DNA of 64,000 nt from an uncultured bacterium (GCA_903841185.1 CAIMIV010000042.1:11319-75318); one strand, 5' to 3'. Counted from the first letter of the stretch, positions 10,297 through 20,287 are shown. Numbers and translations are program-made. Notes: a model not told the origin generated them from the letters alone.

Positions 10297-10346
10297 CCCT
10301 GCCTACCGGCAGGCAGGCAAACAAATCTCATCCGCCAGCTGGCGGA
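10297..10346. repeat. two short GC-rich palindromic hairpin sequences in the scpA-scpB spacer
   Basis: ccctgcctaccggcaggcaggcaaa is identical over 25 nt to 29464-29488. tccgccagctggcgga is identical over 16 nt to 22502-22517. Confidence 0.5.
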
Positions 10347-10398
10347 CAATAATCAAAATTTGTTTATTAAATATTGTTTGTACCTTGTTTCTTGGTAA

Positions 10399-10953
10399 TT
10401 GATTATTGTTTTTATGGATCAAGAAAAAATAAAATCTATTCTCGAGAGCGTGCTGTTTGTGAGCGGCGAGGCTATTAGCGTGGCCAAGCTGGTGAAGATT
10501 ACGGGTGTAGTTGAAGAGGAAATTGAAGCGGCTATCATATCCTTGCAAGCAGATTATGGAAAAGATCGGGGCATAGTAATCATCCGCAAAGAGCAGGAGT
10601 TACAAATGGCCACTAATCCCGAAAATGCGGCTATGGTGGATCAATTGATTAAAAGTGAGATTCAAGAAAATCTCAGCCGAGCCGCTTTGGAAGTGTTGTC
10701 CATCATCGCGTATCGGGGACCAATTACGCGCGTCGAAGTGGAGGCCATTCGCGGAGTCAATTGCAGTTTCACGGTTCGATCGCTCATGATGCGAGGTCTG
10801 TTGGAGCGCATGGAAAATCCCAAGGATAATCGGGGCTATTTGTATAAAATTTCTTTTGATTTTTTGCGCAAGCTGGGCATCGATAGTATTGACAAATTGC
10901 CTGATTACGAAACGCTTTCTGTGGATGCGCGAATAGAAAGCATTATTGCCTGA
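10399..10953 (+). CDS. scpB: segregation and condensation protein B
   Basis: SILESVLFVSGEAISVAKLVKITG and the ScpB winged-helix pattern; it follows scpA. Confidence 0.8.
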   Translation: MIIVFMDQEKIKSILESVLFVSGEAISVAKLVKITGVVEEEIEAAIISLQADYGKDRGIVIIRKEQELQMATNPENAAMVDQLIKSEIQENLSRAALEVLSIIAYRGPITRVEVEAIRGVNCSFTVRSLMMRGLLERMENPKDNRGYLYKISFDFLRKLGIDSIDKLPDYETLSVDARIESIIA

Positions 10954-10991
10954 CGGCAATTTAAAATTATAAATTTAAATTTTTTTCGCAT

Positions 10992-12032
10992 ATGTTACAA
11001 GCAATCATCACTTTTCTCATCATGCCCTTAGCGCCATTTTGGTTCTATGGGGATATGGCGGCTAGTTTGCAAAATGAGCCTGTTTCCAACGGGGAGGTTT
11101 TTCAGTTGGATCAGCGGGCTTCCGCGGCTTCTCTAGAGGAGACGACCTTTGATTCTGAAGCCTTGGCGAGTCACAGTATTTTCCCGGTGGATTCTGCGCT
11201 GGCCGCCGGACTGGTTCCTATAAGAAAAGCGGATGTAGCTGATCTCAAGGTTTGGGCGGGGTCCTCCGTGGCTATTGATGTGGATACCGGCACGATCATT
11301 CACTACGATGACGGTCGAAAGCGAACGCAGATTGCCTCGCTCACAAAAATGATGACAGCTGTTTTGGCAGTAGAAAATATCAAAGACCTTAACGAAGACG
11401 TGGTGATTACCAAGGAGGCCTTGAATATGGTCGGCACAGTAGTGGGTTGTCCGACGAGTGTTTTTTGCAACGGAAATCGGATGTACGTGGGGGAAAAAGT
11501 GCGGGCTATGGATCTTTTGAAAGTGATGCTGATGAACAGTGCGAATGATTCCGCTACGGCGCTGGGCATTCATATCGCCGGTACGCCCGAAAAATTTGTG
11601 GAAATGATGAACAAAAAAGCCAAAGACTTGGGATTGAAAGACACGAATTTTTGTACTCCCTCAGGACTGGAAATCGATGGCAAAGAGGATCAATGTTATT
11701 CGTCAGCCTATGACATCGCTCGCATTGCCGCCTATTCTTTGAAATATGATGTTATTTGGGATATTATGAAAATTCCGGAAGGCAAATTCTATTCTACTGA
11801 TGGAAAATATGTGCATGAACTGAAAAATACGGATATGCTATTAAATACCCTGCCCAATTGTATTGGAGGAAAGACGGGTTTTACTCCTTTGGCGGGCAAA
11901 TCGCTTATGTTGGGCACGGAAGATCCTACTGGAAAGCACAAAGTCATAGCGGTGTTGCTCAATGATGAACAACGTTGGGATGATATGCGAACCTTGGTCG
12001 GTTGGGTATTTAATAATTATAAATGGCAATAA
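10992..12032 (+). CDS. D-alanyl-D-alanine carboxypeptidase (S11 peptidase, PBP5-like)
   Basis: SxxK motif IASLTKMMTA, SxN motif SANDSA, KTG motif KTGFT, and an N-terminal signal/TM segment. Confidence 0.75.
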   Translation: MLQAIITFLIMPLAPFWFYGDMAASLQNEPVSNGEVFQLDQRASAASLEETTFDSEALASHSIFPVDSALAAGLVPIRKADVADLKVWAGSSVAIDVDTGTIIHYDDGRKRTQIASLTKMMTAVLAVENIKDLNEDVVITKEALNMVGTVVGCPTSVFCNGNRMYVGEKVRAMDLLKVMLMNSANDSATALGIHIAGTPEKFVEMMNKKAKDLGLKDTNFCTPSGLEIDGKEDQCYSSAYDIARIAAYSLKYDVIWDIMKIPEGKFYSTDGKYVHELKNTDMLLNTLPNCIGGKTGFTPLAGKSLMLGTEDPTGKHKVIAVLLNDEQRWDDMRTLVGWVFNNYKWQ

Positions 12033-12033
12033 T

Positions 12034-13134
12034 ATGGAAATTGCACAAATACAAAACATCCCTATCGTGATGAATGTGTTGAAAGTGTTGGTAACCGGTT
12101 TTTCCGCGTTTGTACTGGCCTTTGTTTTTACTCCGCTGCTAACGAATTTCTTATACAATAATAAGATTGGCATCAAGATTAAGAAAAATTCCGTCGATGG
12201 AGAGAAGTTGACCTATGTCAGTCAAATGCATAAAAGCAAGGAAGGCACACCCACGATGGGAGGAATTTTGATCTGGCTAACAGTGACTATCCTAATCTTT
12301 GCTTCGCACTACATCTTTCCATTCCTAGCTCAATGGTTAGGTATTGATTTCATTGCTCGGCTGGATTTTTTACACCGCTCAGAAACTTGGCTGCCTCTGT
12401 TTGCGCTGGTTTCGGCAGGAATTTTGGGTCTTTTTGATGATTGGATGAGCGTCAAGGGGATTGGAAAAAATAAAGGTGGCGGGATGCGCTTTATGATGCG
12501 TTTTGGCTGGTTGATTTTGATTGCTATTTTAGGGGCGTGGTGGTTCTATTTCAAACTTAATTGGAATATTATTCACATTCCGGCTGTGGGCAACTTTGGT
12601 ATTGGGCTGTGGTATATACCCCTTTTTATTTTCGTTATTCTATTTACAGCTGTCTCATCTAACGAGACTGATGGATTGGATGGACTTAATGGGGGGATCA
12701 TGCTGATTGCTTTCAGCTCCTTCGCCTTGATTTCCTTTTTTCACAATATGATGGACATGGCGGCTTTTTGTGCGGCGATTTCCGGCGCTCTCCTGGCTTT
12801 TTTGTGGTTTAATATTTACCCCGCTCGATTTATTATGGGGGACACCGGCGCCATGGCCTTAGGTACGGCCTTAGGAGTGGTGGCTTTGATGACCAACTCA
12901 GTACTGGTACTTTTCGTGATTGTTTTTATCTATATTATTGAATCCGGATCAGTTTGTATTCAGCTGACATCTAAAAAATTATTCAAGAGAAAGGTTTTTC
13001 TAGCCGCTCCAATCCATCATCACTTTGAGGCCTTGGGATGGCCGGAAACCAAGGTGACTATGCGGGCCTGGATTTTTACCGTAGTGACGGCTACTATCGG
13101 CACTATCATCGCTATTTTAGGAATGGGAAAATGA
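12034..13134 (+). CDS. mraY: phospho-N-acetylmuramoyl-pentapeptide transferase
   Basis: KEGTPTMGGILIWL, NETDGLDGL, FIMGDTGAMALG, about 10 TM helices. The start is taken at the ATG at 12034 in place of the longer upstream ORF that overlaps the previous gene. Confidence 0.85.
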   Translation: MEIAQIQNIPIVMNVLKVLVTGFSAFVLAFVFTPLLTNFLYNNKIGIKIKKNSVDGEKLTYVSQMHKSKEGTPTMGGILIWLTVTILIFASHYIFPFLAQWLGIDFIARLDFLHRSETWLPLFALVSAGILGLFDDWMSVKGIGKNKGGGMRFMMRFGWLILIAILGAWWFYFKLNWNIIHIPAVGNFGIGLWYIPLFIFVILFTAVSSNETDGLDGLNGGIMLIAFSSFALISFFHNMMDMAAFCAAISGALLAFLWFNIYPARFIMGDTGAMALGTALGVVALMTNSVLVLFVIVFIYIIESGSVCIQLTSKKLFKRKVFLAAPIHHHFEALGWPETKVTMRAWIFTVVTATIGTIIAILGMGK

Positions 13135-13185
13135 ACGCACAGAGTGCGTAAGGATAAATTTTTAATTTTTAATTTTTAAAGTACT

Positions 13186-14223
13186 ATGGAGATTAAAAAA
13201 ATACAAGACATGGACATTGCCGGCAAGAATGTTATTTTGCGGGTGGATTTTAATGTGGCCATGGAAGACGGCAAGGTAAAAGAAATGTTTAAGATTATAG
13301 CGGCCAAAGAAACAATTGACTATTTGCTCAGTCGCGATTGTCAGATAGCGCTGATTACTCATCTGGGAAGGCCTGATGGCAAAGTGGATTCGAAATTTTC
13401 TCTGGATCAAATTGCTACGGAGGTGGAAATTATCCTGGGGAGAAAAGTGACTTTTGTTCCGGACTGCATTGGAGAAAAAGTGCAAGCCGCCCTGGAAAAT
13501 TTGGAGGAAGGCGTGCTGCTGCTGGAAAATGTCAGATTTTATGCGGGTGATGAAACCAATGACGCCGCCTTTGCCGGCCAACTGGCGGAGCATTTTGAGG
13601 TGTTTGTGCAGGATGCCTTTAGTGTTTGTCATCGCGACCAGGCTTCAGTGACGGGCATCGCCAAGGTCTTGCCGAGCTGTGCCGGCTTTCGCTTGCTGGA
13701 AGAACTCCATGGCATGACCATTATCAAAGATCATCCCGTGCATCCGGCGGTGGCCATTATCGGTGGCGCTAAGATTGAAACCAAACTTCCGGTGATTAAA
13801 TTTTTTGAAGAAAAATATGATTATATTTTGGTGGGCGGGAAAATTGCCAACGAAGCCTTGGATCAGAAAATTGAATTTTCCGAGAAAGTAATTTTGCCGG
13901 TGGATTTTGTGGATGACCGTCTAGACATCGGACCCAAGACAGTGGAAAAATTCAAAGAGATTATTGCTACGGCCAAGACCATTGCTTGGAACGGGCCGAC
14001 CGGAAAATTTGAAGAGGAAAAATATGCCGTCAGTTCCAATGCGATTTTGGAAGCGGTGATTGACAGCGGGGCTTTTGTTTTGGTGGGCGGAGGAGAAACG
14101 CTGGAAATTTTGGAGAAAAATATCGCCATGGATAAAATCTCCTTTGTTTCCACCGGTGGCGGGGCGATGCTGGACTATTTGTCCGGAGCGGCGATGCCGG
14201 GCATTGATATTTTGCAAAAATAG
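13186..14223 (+). CDS. pgk: phosphoglycerate kinase
   Basis: N-terminal GKNVILRVDFNV, ALITHLGRPDGK, and C-terminal STGGGAMLDYL. Confidence 0.85.
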   Translation: MEIKKIQDMDIAGKNVILRVDFNVAMEDGKVKEMFKIIAAKETIDYLLSRDCQIALITHLGRPDGKVDSKFSLDQIATEVEIILGRKVTFVPDCIGEKVQAALENLEEGVLLLENVRFYAGDETNDAAFAGQLAEHFEVFVQDAFSVCHRDQASVTGIAKVLPSCAGFRLLEELHGMTIIKDHPVHPAVAIIGGAKIETKLPVIKFFEEKYDYILVGGKIANEALDQKIEFSEKVILPVDFVDDRLDIGPKTVEKFKEIIATAKTIAWNGPTGKFEEEKYAVSSNAILEAVIDSGAFVLVGGGETLEILEKNIAMDKISFVSTGGGAMLDYLSGAAMPGIDILQK

Positions 14224-14240
14224 ATTATAAAGTAGTAAAA

Positions 14241-14272
14241 ACCGCCTCTAAAAAAGATAGGGCGGTTTTTAA
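14241..14272. terminator. bidirectional rho-independent terminator between convergent genes
   Basis: A perfect 8-bp stem accgccct/agggcggt is flanked by an A-run upstream and a T-run downstream. Confidence 0.6.
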
Positions 14273-14279
14273 TTTGGAA

Positions 14280-16490
14280 TTAGCTAAGGGGAATAATCTT
14301 TAATTCAGTTTCAGTGGAGAAATAGAAGAGATTATTTTTTTCATCTAGGAGGATACTGATCGCTTGTTGCAATTCTGGAAAATAATATTGCTTGATGATT
14401 TGGCCATCTTTGTCGAAATAGACGGCTCTTGCGTTGGCTTTATCAAGAATAAGCATATTGCCATTTTCACTTTCGATGGACAAGCGGAACATCTCCAAAG
14501 GCGTAGTGGTAGTTTCCAATGCAAAGGGCTCTTTTTTGCCTCGGAACAATTTGGTCAGCGCATCTTTTTTAGCGACAAAGACATTTTCATTGATGGAAAA
14601 GTCCATGACGCTGGCTAAATCAAAATCTTCTTTGAGCCAATTGGTTTTTTCGCCAAAGCCACCTTCTGCTCGGGGATAGCGATAGATCTGGTTGGCTTGG
14701 GAGTCTGCCAAATAGAGATAGGTGAGATAGGTGCCCATAGCCACTATATTAGCTGTTGCCGGAATGGTGATGGCATTCTCTTGAAAATTTCCTGAGGTGG
14801 GGCTGAAGGATAATACTTGCTTGTTTTTATTGATGAGAAAGATTAGATTAAGGTCGGCCATGCCTTGGGCGTAGGCGGGTGCGGAAAAACTGGGTGGCAA
14901 AGCAGATTTAGTATTTTTAGCCACATCAATAATTTCCTGAGCAGTGATGATATAGAGCCGGTCATTTAACTTGAGAGTGTTGATAATCGCATTGGTGGTA
15001 TAGACGCTAGTAGCATTTTCCACACGCGTCACATTCTTATCTTTTTCCAAGGGGAGGGCAATGGTTTCCACTATATCGGGAACGGCGGCGGTGTTTTTTT
15101 GCGCCGCTCGTTCATTGAGAAATTGCGCTACAAAAAAAGGCACTATAAAAATGAGGACTAAAACCAAGAGGCCATAGAGTCGTTGTTGATAGTCCATGCG
15201 CAAAACAATGCGTTTGATTTTTTGCAGGCTGGGGGTTAGTTTGGCAGAAAGTGGTTGGAGGACTTGAACTAGGTTTTTTCCCCAGGAAAGTAAGATAGCG
15301 GTATTTTTTTTCGGCCAAACTCGTTGAAAAAGGGAAGTTTTTTCTTTGGGGGGCAGGGATGTTATGACATGGGCAGCTTTTTTTGAAGATGCCGGCTGGG
15401 CATTGGCGGCACTTTGCTTGGGAGTGTATTTTTGCAGTTGACGTTTTCCGCTCCGTGCTACTGTTAGAATCATTTCTTTGGAAAGAGTGGCTTTTTTGAG
15501 GAGGAGTTGACTGGTGTTTTGCAAGAGGAGGGTCACTTTTTCTGTGTAGGGAGTGGTGGGTTCTTTTGGATAATTCTCAGTTTCATAATGATCTTCTTTG
15601 ATATAGATATGTCCGGTTTTTTGATCAATAAACTCAGCTTGAGATTTTTTAATTTCCTCTTGTAATTCTCCCTCCGCTATTGCGAGATTATGATCTTTTT
15701 TGCTGACGGGATGCTTGAAAGCATCATTACTGAAAGCATTAAGTGGCTGAGTGGAGGTTTTTTTGAGAGGAATTTTTTTGAGAGGGGTTTCTTTAGCGCT
15801 AAAATCCACCACCAACACCGCGGCTTTTTCCAACTCTGAACCCAGGGCAGTGCGCAGGAATTGCACGAACTCTTCCTTGGAAAAGCGGAGCGCACTTTTT
15901 TTGATTTCTTCTAGGGAAAAAATGTCAAAAATACTGGAGGTGGTGATAATAAGTTTATCCTCTTCCTCCATTCTGCCACTGGAGACATTGACAAATGTCT
16001 TCAGCGGGTTAGGCTCTCTATCTAGTGGAGAAAGGCCATCGCTGATATCGGTGAAAATTTTAGAGCGCAACAAAAAAGCCGAAGCATTGCCTGCTTGAGA
16101 AAAATGCAATCCATTTTTTTCTGTCACCGCAATCAGGGCATTGAGGTTGCCCAGCCAATCAATATTTTCGTGCTCAGCCAGATTGGAAAGAGCCAGATTG
16201 GCTTTGTGCAATGAGGCTTCCAGGCTTTCGATGGGTCCGCGTTTGGGCTTAGAAAAATATTCCTTTTTAATGATGGAAACCAAATAGTTGACGATATAGG
16301 AAGAATCTTCCGAAGAGTTTGTGACCTCGAAAACTCCTACTAACGTTCCCAGGTTATGACTATCGATGTTTTCCGGCTCCTGGATGAGAATCTGAATGTA
16401 GGGGCATAATTTCTTGTCATGACATACCAAAATACTTTCAAATTCTGGTTTGACTTCGACAATCCGATTGTGGGGTTTTTTTCTGGTCAT
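14280..16490 (-). CDS. membrane protein with N-terminal cytoplasmic PP2C-like (PPM-fold) domain, one TM helix and a C-terminal extracytoplasmic domain
   Basis: 736-aa ORF. The segment LNALIAVTEKNGLHFSQAGNASAFLLRSKIFTDISDG resembles the PPM GDSRAYLLR region but has Asn in place of the metal-binding Asp. The TM segment is LYGLLVLVLIFIVPFFVAQFL. Confidence 0.45.
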   Translation of the reverse strand: MTRKKPHNRIVEVKPEFESILVCHDKKLCPYIQILIQEPENIDSHNLGTLVGVFEVTNSSEDSSYIVNYLVSIIKKEYFSKPKRGPIESLEASLHKANLALSNLAEHENIDWLGNLNALIAVTEKNGLHFSQAGNASAFLLRSKIFTDISDGLSPLDREPNPLKTFVNVSSGRMEEEDKLIITTSSIFDIFSLEEIKKSALRFSKEEFVQFLRTALGSELEKAAVLVVDFSAKETPLKKIPLKKTSTQPLNAFSNDAFKHPVSKKDHNLAIAEGELQEEIKKSQAEFIDQKTGHIYIKEDHYETENYPKEPTTPYTEKVTLLLQNTSQLLLKKATLSKEMILTVARSGKRQLQKYTPKQSAANAQPASSKKAAHVITSLPPKEKTSLFQRVWPKKNTAILLSWGKNLVQVLQPLSAKLTPSLQKIKRIVLRMDYQQRLYGLLVLVLIFIVPFFVAQFLNERAAQKNTAAVPDIVETIALPLEKDKNVTRVENATSVYTTNAIINTLKLNDRLYIITAQEIIDVAKNTKSALPPSFSAPAYAQGMADLNLIFLINKNKQVLSFSPTSGNFQENAITIPATANIVAMGTYLTYLYLADSQANQIYRYPRAEGGFGEKTNWLKEDFDLASVMDFSINENVFVAKKDALTKLFRGKKEPFALETTTTPLEMFRLSIESENGNMLILDKANARAVYFDKDGQIIKQYYFPELQQAISILLDEKNNLFYFSTETELKIIPLS

Positions 16491-16494
16491 AGAT

Positions 16495-16680
16495 TCTTTA
16501 GTAACTGTCTAATATCTCACCGCCATAAAATGGCTTGCCGGCTGAAATCCCGAAATTTCGGCTGCAAAACCTGTAAGCCTCGTCAGGTTGTCACAAACAG
16601 CCATTCATCACCTTCTAGGTTTTTCGCTCGAAATTTCAGGATTTAAACTCGACATGAGATATTAGACAGTTACTTAGATT
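16495..16680. ncRNA. candidate structured ncRNA (6S-like extended hairpin) or MITE-like element with 22-bp terminal inverted repeats
   Basis: agtaactgtctaatatctca at the 5' end pairs with tgagatattagacagttact at the 3' end. A second nested 16-bp stem (gaaatcccgaaatttcg / cgaaatttcaggattt) and an apical hairpin (aacctg..caggtt) lie inside. The element sits between divergent genes. Confidence 0.35.
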
Positions 16681-16861
16681 CGTCTTTATTATAGCATAAA
16701 TTACCCAGAGAGGATATTTTTTGTGCCTGAGCGAGGGAAAGGATAGGAAATACCTCTATATTGTAGCATTTCTATGGGTTTACTTTTTGCCTGACAACCA
16801 CTATACTATATACATAGATAGCTTGTAACGTAGACCATTATAAATATTTAAGATTAACTCT

Positions 16862-17461
16862 ATGTCGTCAGAAGTTTTAGAAATCCTTTTTGGTTCCAAA
16901 GAAAAAGCGCGTCTGTTGAGATTTTTTTTGCAGAATCCCGGTCAAGACTATGCTTACGCTGAGGTAGTGCGGAGAAATATGTTTCGAGGGAATGTTAAAA
17001 AGGAAATGGAGAGCTTAAAAAAGATAAAGTTTATTTTAAGTCGTACTAAGAAAGGCAAAATTTCCTATGTTTTGAATCAGGAGTTTAGTTTTTATCCGGA
17101 GTTGAAAAATCTGATTTCCAAATCCAACGTCTATCCTCAATGCAAAAGCATCGCTACCGTGGAGAAAATCGGCAATATCAAGCTGGCAGCTATTAGTGGA
17201 GTGTTTATTAATTATCCCAAAAGCAAAGCGGATATGATTATTGTAGGGGATGATATCAAACGTACTAAGTTGAAGAGCTTGATGTCCAATTTGGAAGCGG
17301 AGATTGGCAAGGAAATTGATTTTGTATTGATGAACGGAGAAGAGTTTAAATATCGTTTGAATATGCTGGATAAATTTATTTTGGAATTTCTGGAAGGTCC
17401 GCATGAAGAGCTGATTAACAAGATTCCCGGACTGAAACATTTTATTGCTAAACGGAGATAA
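16862..17461 (+). CDS. hypothetical protein with possible N-terminal winged-helix domain
   Basis: 199-aa ORF with good coding texture. N-terminus SKEKARLLRFFLQNPGQDYAYAEVVRR is wHTH-like. Confidence 0.45.
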   Translation: MSSEVLEILFGSKEKARLLRFFLQNPGQDYAYAEVVRRNMFRGNVKKEMESLKKIKFILSRTKKGKISYVLNQEFSFYPELKNLISKSNVYPQCKSIATVEKIGNIKLAAISGVFINYPKSKADMIIVGDDIKRTKLKSLMSNLEAEIGKEIDFVLMNGEEFKYRLNMLDKFILEFLEGPHEELINKIPGLKHFIAKRR

Positions 17462-17547
17462 TTATAAGAGCTACGCCTTTTATCACTCAGTAACCGTATT
17501 TTCAAATATAGTCGCTGAATTCAAATGCGTAAGACATAAATTAAAAA

Positions 17548-18633
17548 ATGACCTATTTCTTAATAATAATTCTTACCTTGATCATTGCCGGGTTTTTACT
17601 GTGGCTGAGTTTTTTTCTGCAGAGTAGTCAGAGAAATAAAAATAGTGATATTGGGGCTATCGCGGAGCGTCTCAAGATGTTGTCCGAGCAAAACAATGAT
17701 TTGCGCAATATGATGGATCGCAAACTTTCCGAGACGCATCGTACCACGCAGGCGCAAATCAATCAGACCATTCAAACCGTGCAGGGCATCAGCGGGCAAT
17801 CTCACAAGCTCATCAGCGATGTTACGGAAAAACTGACTAAATTAGATGAAACTAATCGGCAGGTGGTGAATTTTTCGGCCCAGTTGCAAAGTTTGCAAGA
17901 TATTTTGAAGAATCCCAAGCAACGTGGTATCTTGGGAGAATATTTTTTGGAAGAAACTCTGAAAAATGTCCTGCCGCCCAATTCCTATCAGATGCAATAT
18001 GCTTTTGCGAACAACGTGATTGTGGACGCCGTGGTTTTTGTTAAAGATAAACTGGTGCCTATCGATTCCAAATTTTCCTTGGAGAATTACGAGCGCATTT
18101 TGAATGCCACCAGCACCAAAGAGAAGGAGGATCTGGAAAAGGTGTTCAAGCAAGATCTCAAAAATAGAATCGATGAAACTTCGAAATATATCAAGCCGGA
18201 AGAGGGGACAATGGATTTTGCCTTCATGTTCATTCCCTCCGAAGCCATCTATTATGATTTGCTCATCAATAAGGTGGGGGCGGTGAAAGTGAATACGCGT
18301 GATTTGATTGAATATGCCTTTCAGGACAAAAAAGTGATTATTGTTTCCCCGACTTCTTTTTTGGCCTATCTGCAAACAGTGTTGCAAGGTTTGCGCGCTT
18401 TTCAAATTGAGGAAAGTGCCAAGGAGATTCGGGTGAATGTGGAAAAATTAGGCAAGCATATTCTGGCTTTTGAGGAGTATATGCGCAAGGTGCAAGGCAG
18501 TCTGGGGACGACGGTCAATCATTTTAATGTGGCCTATAAGGAACTGGGTAAAATAGATAAGGACGTTTCTCGAATAACTAAAGCGGAAAAAACAATCGAG
18601 CCGGTAATGCTGGATAAACCGATCGTGGATTAA
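17548..18633 (+). CDS. rmuC: DNA recombination protein RmuC
   Basis: An N-terminal TM helix and a coiled-coil are followed by KQRGILGEYFLEETL and the IDSKF nuclease-like core typical of RmuC. Confidence 0.7.
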   Translation: MTYFLIIILTLIIAGFLLWLSFFLQSSQRNKNSDIGAIAERLKMLSEQNNDLRNMMDRKLSETHRTTQAQINQTIQTVQGISGQSHKLISDVTEKLTKLDETNRQVVNFSAQLQSLQDILKNPKQRGILGEYFLEETLKNVLPPNSYQMQYAFANNVIVDAVVFVKDKLVPIDSKFSLENYERILNATSTKEKEDLEKVFKQDLKNRIDETSKYIKPEEGTMDFAFMFIPSEAIYYDLLINKVGAVKVNTRDLIEYAFQDKKVIIVSPTSFLAYLQTVLQGLRAFQIEESAKEIRVNVEKLGKHILAFEEYMRKVQGSLGTTVNHFNVAYKELGKIDKDVSRITKAEKTIEPVMLDKPIVD

Positions 18634-18637
18634 TGTT

Positions 18638-19057
18638 ATGGATAAAAAGGTGTTGCGGAAAATGGGAGGAAGGAAGATAGAGAAGTTACGCTTAGTGTGG
18701 CAGTCTTTTTTCAGGCAGGAATATTTCCAAAGCCATATCGTGATTTGGCTTTTAATTTTGAGTGGCATTACCAATATTATCAATTGGCTGATTTTACGCA
18801 TCTGGGTGCAACCGGTGGATTTCTCAATTATCTTGCATTATAATGTGTATTTCGGGGTGGATTCAATTGGGGACTATCGCCAGGTGTATGTTTTGCCATT
18901 CATTGGGTTGATTCTATGGGGGATTAATTTTATGTTGTCGTTATATTTTTATCAGCAAAAAGAGCGCATCGCCAGCTATATTCTGCTCATCGCTATGCTT
19001 ATGGTCCAATTGAGTTTGATAGTGGCCGCAACCAGTGTGATTTTAATTAACTATTAA
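18638..19057 (+). CDS. small integral membrane protein
   Basis: 139 aa with four predicted TM helices; no recognisable motif. Confidence 0.4.
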   Translation: MDKKVLRKMGGRKIEKLRLVWQSFFRQEYFQSHIVIWLLILSGITNIINWLILRIWVQPVDFSIILHYNVYFGVDSIGDYRQVYVLPFIGLILWGINFMLSLYFYQQKERIASYILLIAMLMVQLSLIVAATSVILINY

Positions 19058-19125
19058 AAACTTGGCGGAGGTTGTCACTTCCTAACTCTTAGGAACAAAA
19101 ACTTTCGGCAGACGCAAAAAAAACG

Positions 19126-20142
19126 ATGGCAAAATACCTCATTTCTTTTCTCTTGGCTTTTCTGCTGACCGTTGCTTTTATCTTTTTGCTGAAATCTTTT
19201 ACCGGCAAGATTAAGTGGCGAGGGCGGGTTTCGGCGCGACACATTAATAGAGTAGATGTTTTTCGGGTGGGCGGCATAGCGATGATAATCGCTTTTAATT
19301 TAGCGCTACTGCTGAATAATGCTTTGGTGATCACACCGGCTTTGTCGGGCGTGATGTTAGCCTCGCTATTTGTTTTGGTGGTGGGAATTTGGGACGACGT
19401 GCGGGAAGTTTTTTGGAAAACCCAACTTTTCTATCAAGTAGCCATTGCCATGCTGGTGTATATTTTTGGTTTGCGGATTTATGCCATCACCAATCCGCTG
19501 GGAGGCGTCATAGGGTTCGATAGCAGTTGGGGAATCATAATTTCAGTGCTTTTAGTAATCGCTTGGATTGTGACCATTATCAATTCCATGAATTGGCTGG
19601 ATGGCATTGACGGTCTTTCCGGAGGGGTGTCTTTTATTTGCGCTATGACCATGGTTGTCCTCAGTCTCACGCCCGACGTCAACCAGCCGCCCGTGGCTAT
19701 TATAGCATTGGCTGTGGCCGGATCTATTCTGGGATTCTTGGTGTTTAATTTTTATCCTTCCATCATCATCGCCGGCACATCCGGATCGATGTTTATGGGA
19801 TTTTCCTTGGCCATTTTGGCTATTTTTGCCGGAACCAAAATTGCCACGGCCATTCTGGTGCTGGCTTTGCCTATTATTGATTTTGTCTGGGTGATTGGGG
19901 AGCGTCTAAAAAAGAAAAAATCTATTTTCAAAGCGGATAAGAATCATCTGCACTATAAATTGATGGAATTGGGCTGGTCGCAAAGAAAAATTGCTTTGTA
20001 TTATTATGCTGTCACGTTAGTCATTGCTATCGTGGCTTTAAATACGCGCGTGATTGGGAAAACCATTACCTTGTTAGCGGCTATGATTGTCATGACCAGT
20101 GCTCTTTTTTTTATCAATAAAAAATTGGCTCAAAAAAAGTAA
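19126..20142 (+). CDS. glycosyltransferase family 4, WecA/TagO/MraY-like undecaprenyl-phosphate sugar-1-phosphate transferase
   Basis: NSMNWLDGIDGLSGG, polytopic membrane protein, 338 aa. Confidence 0.7.
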   Translation: MAKYLISFLLAFLLTVAFIFLLKSFTGKIKWRGRVSARHINRVDVFRVGGIAMIIAFNLALLLNNALVITPALSGVMLASLFVLVVGIWDDVREVFWKTQLFYQVAIAMLVYIFGLRIYAITNPLGGVIGFDSSWGIIISVLLVIAWIVTIINSMNWLDGIDGLSGGVSFICAMTMVVLSLTPDVNQPPVAIIALAVAGSILGFLVFNFYPSIIIAGTSGSMFMGFSLAILAIFAGTKIATAILVLALPIIDFVWVIGERLKKKKSIFKADKNHLHYKLMELGWSQRKIALYYYAVTLVIAIVALNTRVIGKTITLLAAMIVMTSALFFINKKLAQKK

Positions 20143-20159
20143 ATATCTTTCTGTAAATG

Positions 20160-20192
20160 CAAAACCCCACAACATATAGTTGCGGGGTTTTG
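20160..20192 (+). terminator. rho-independent terminator
   Basis: Stem ccccacaac/gttgcgggg (one mismatch) followed by tttt. Confidence 0.45.
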
Positions 20193-20287
20193 CTATTAGA
20201 AAGTAGTAATATACTTAATTATGCAGTGGCCTGAAGCCACTAAGGAACAAGGTTATGTCTCATCATAGCTCTATCTTCTAGAAAAAA

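Noticed and set aside
11962-12033. The longer upstream start of the mraY ORF overlapping the carboxypeptidase gene.
   Set aside because: The ATG at 12034 directly follows the upstream stop codon and yields the MraY-like N-terminus. The extension would overlap the preceding gene by 70 nt.
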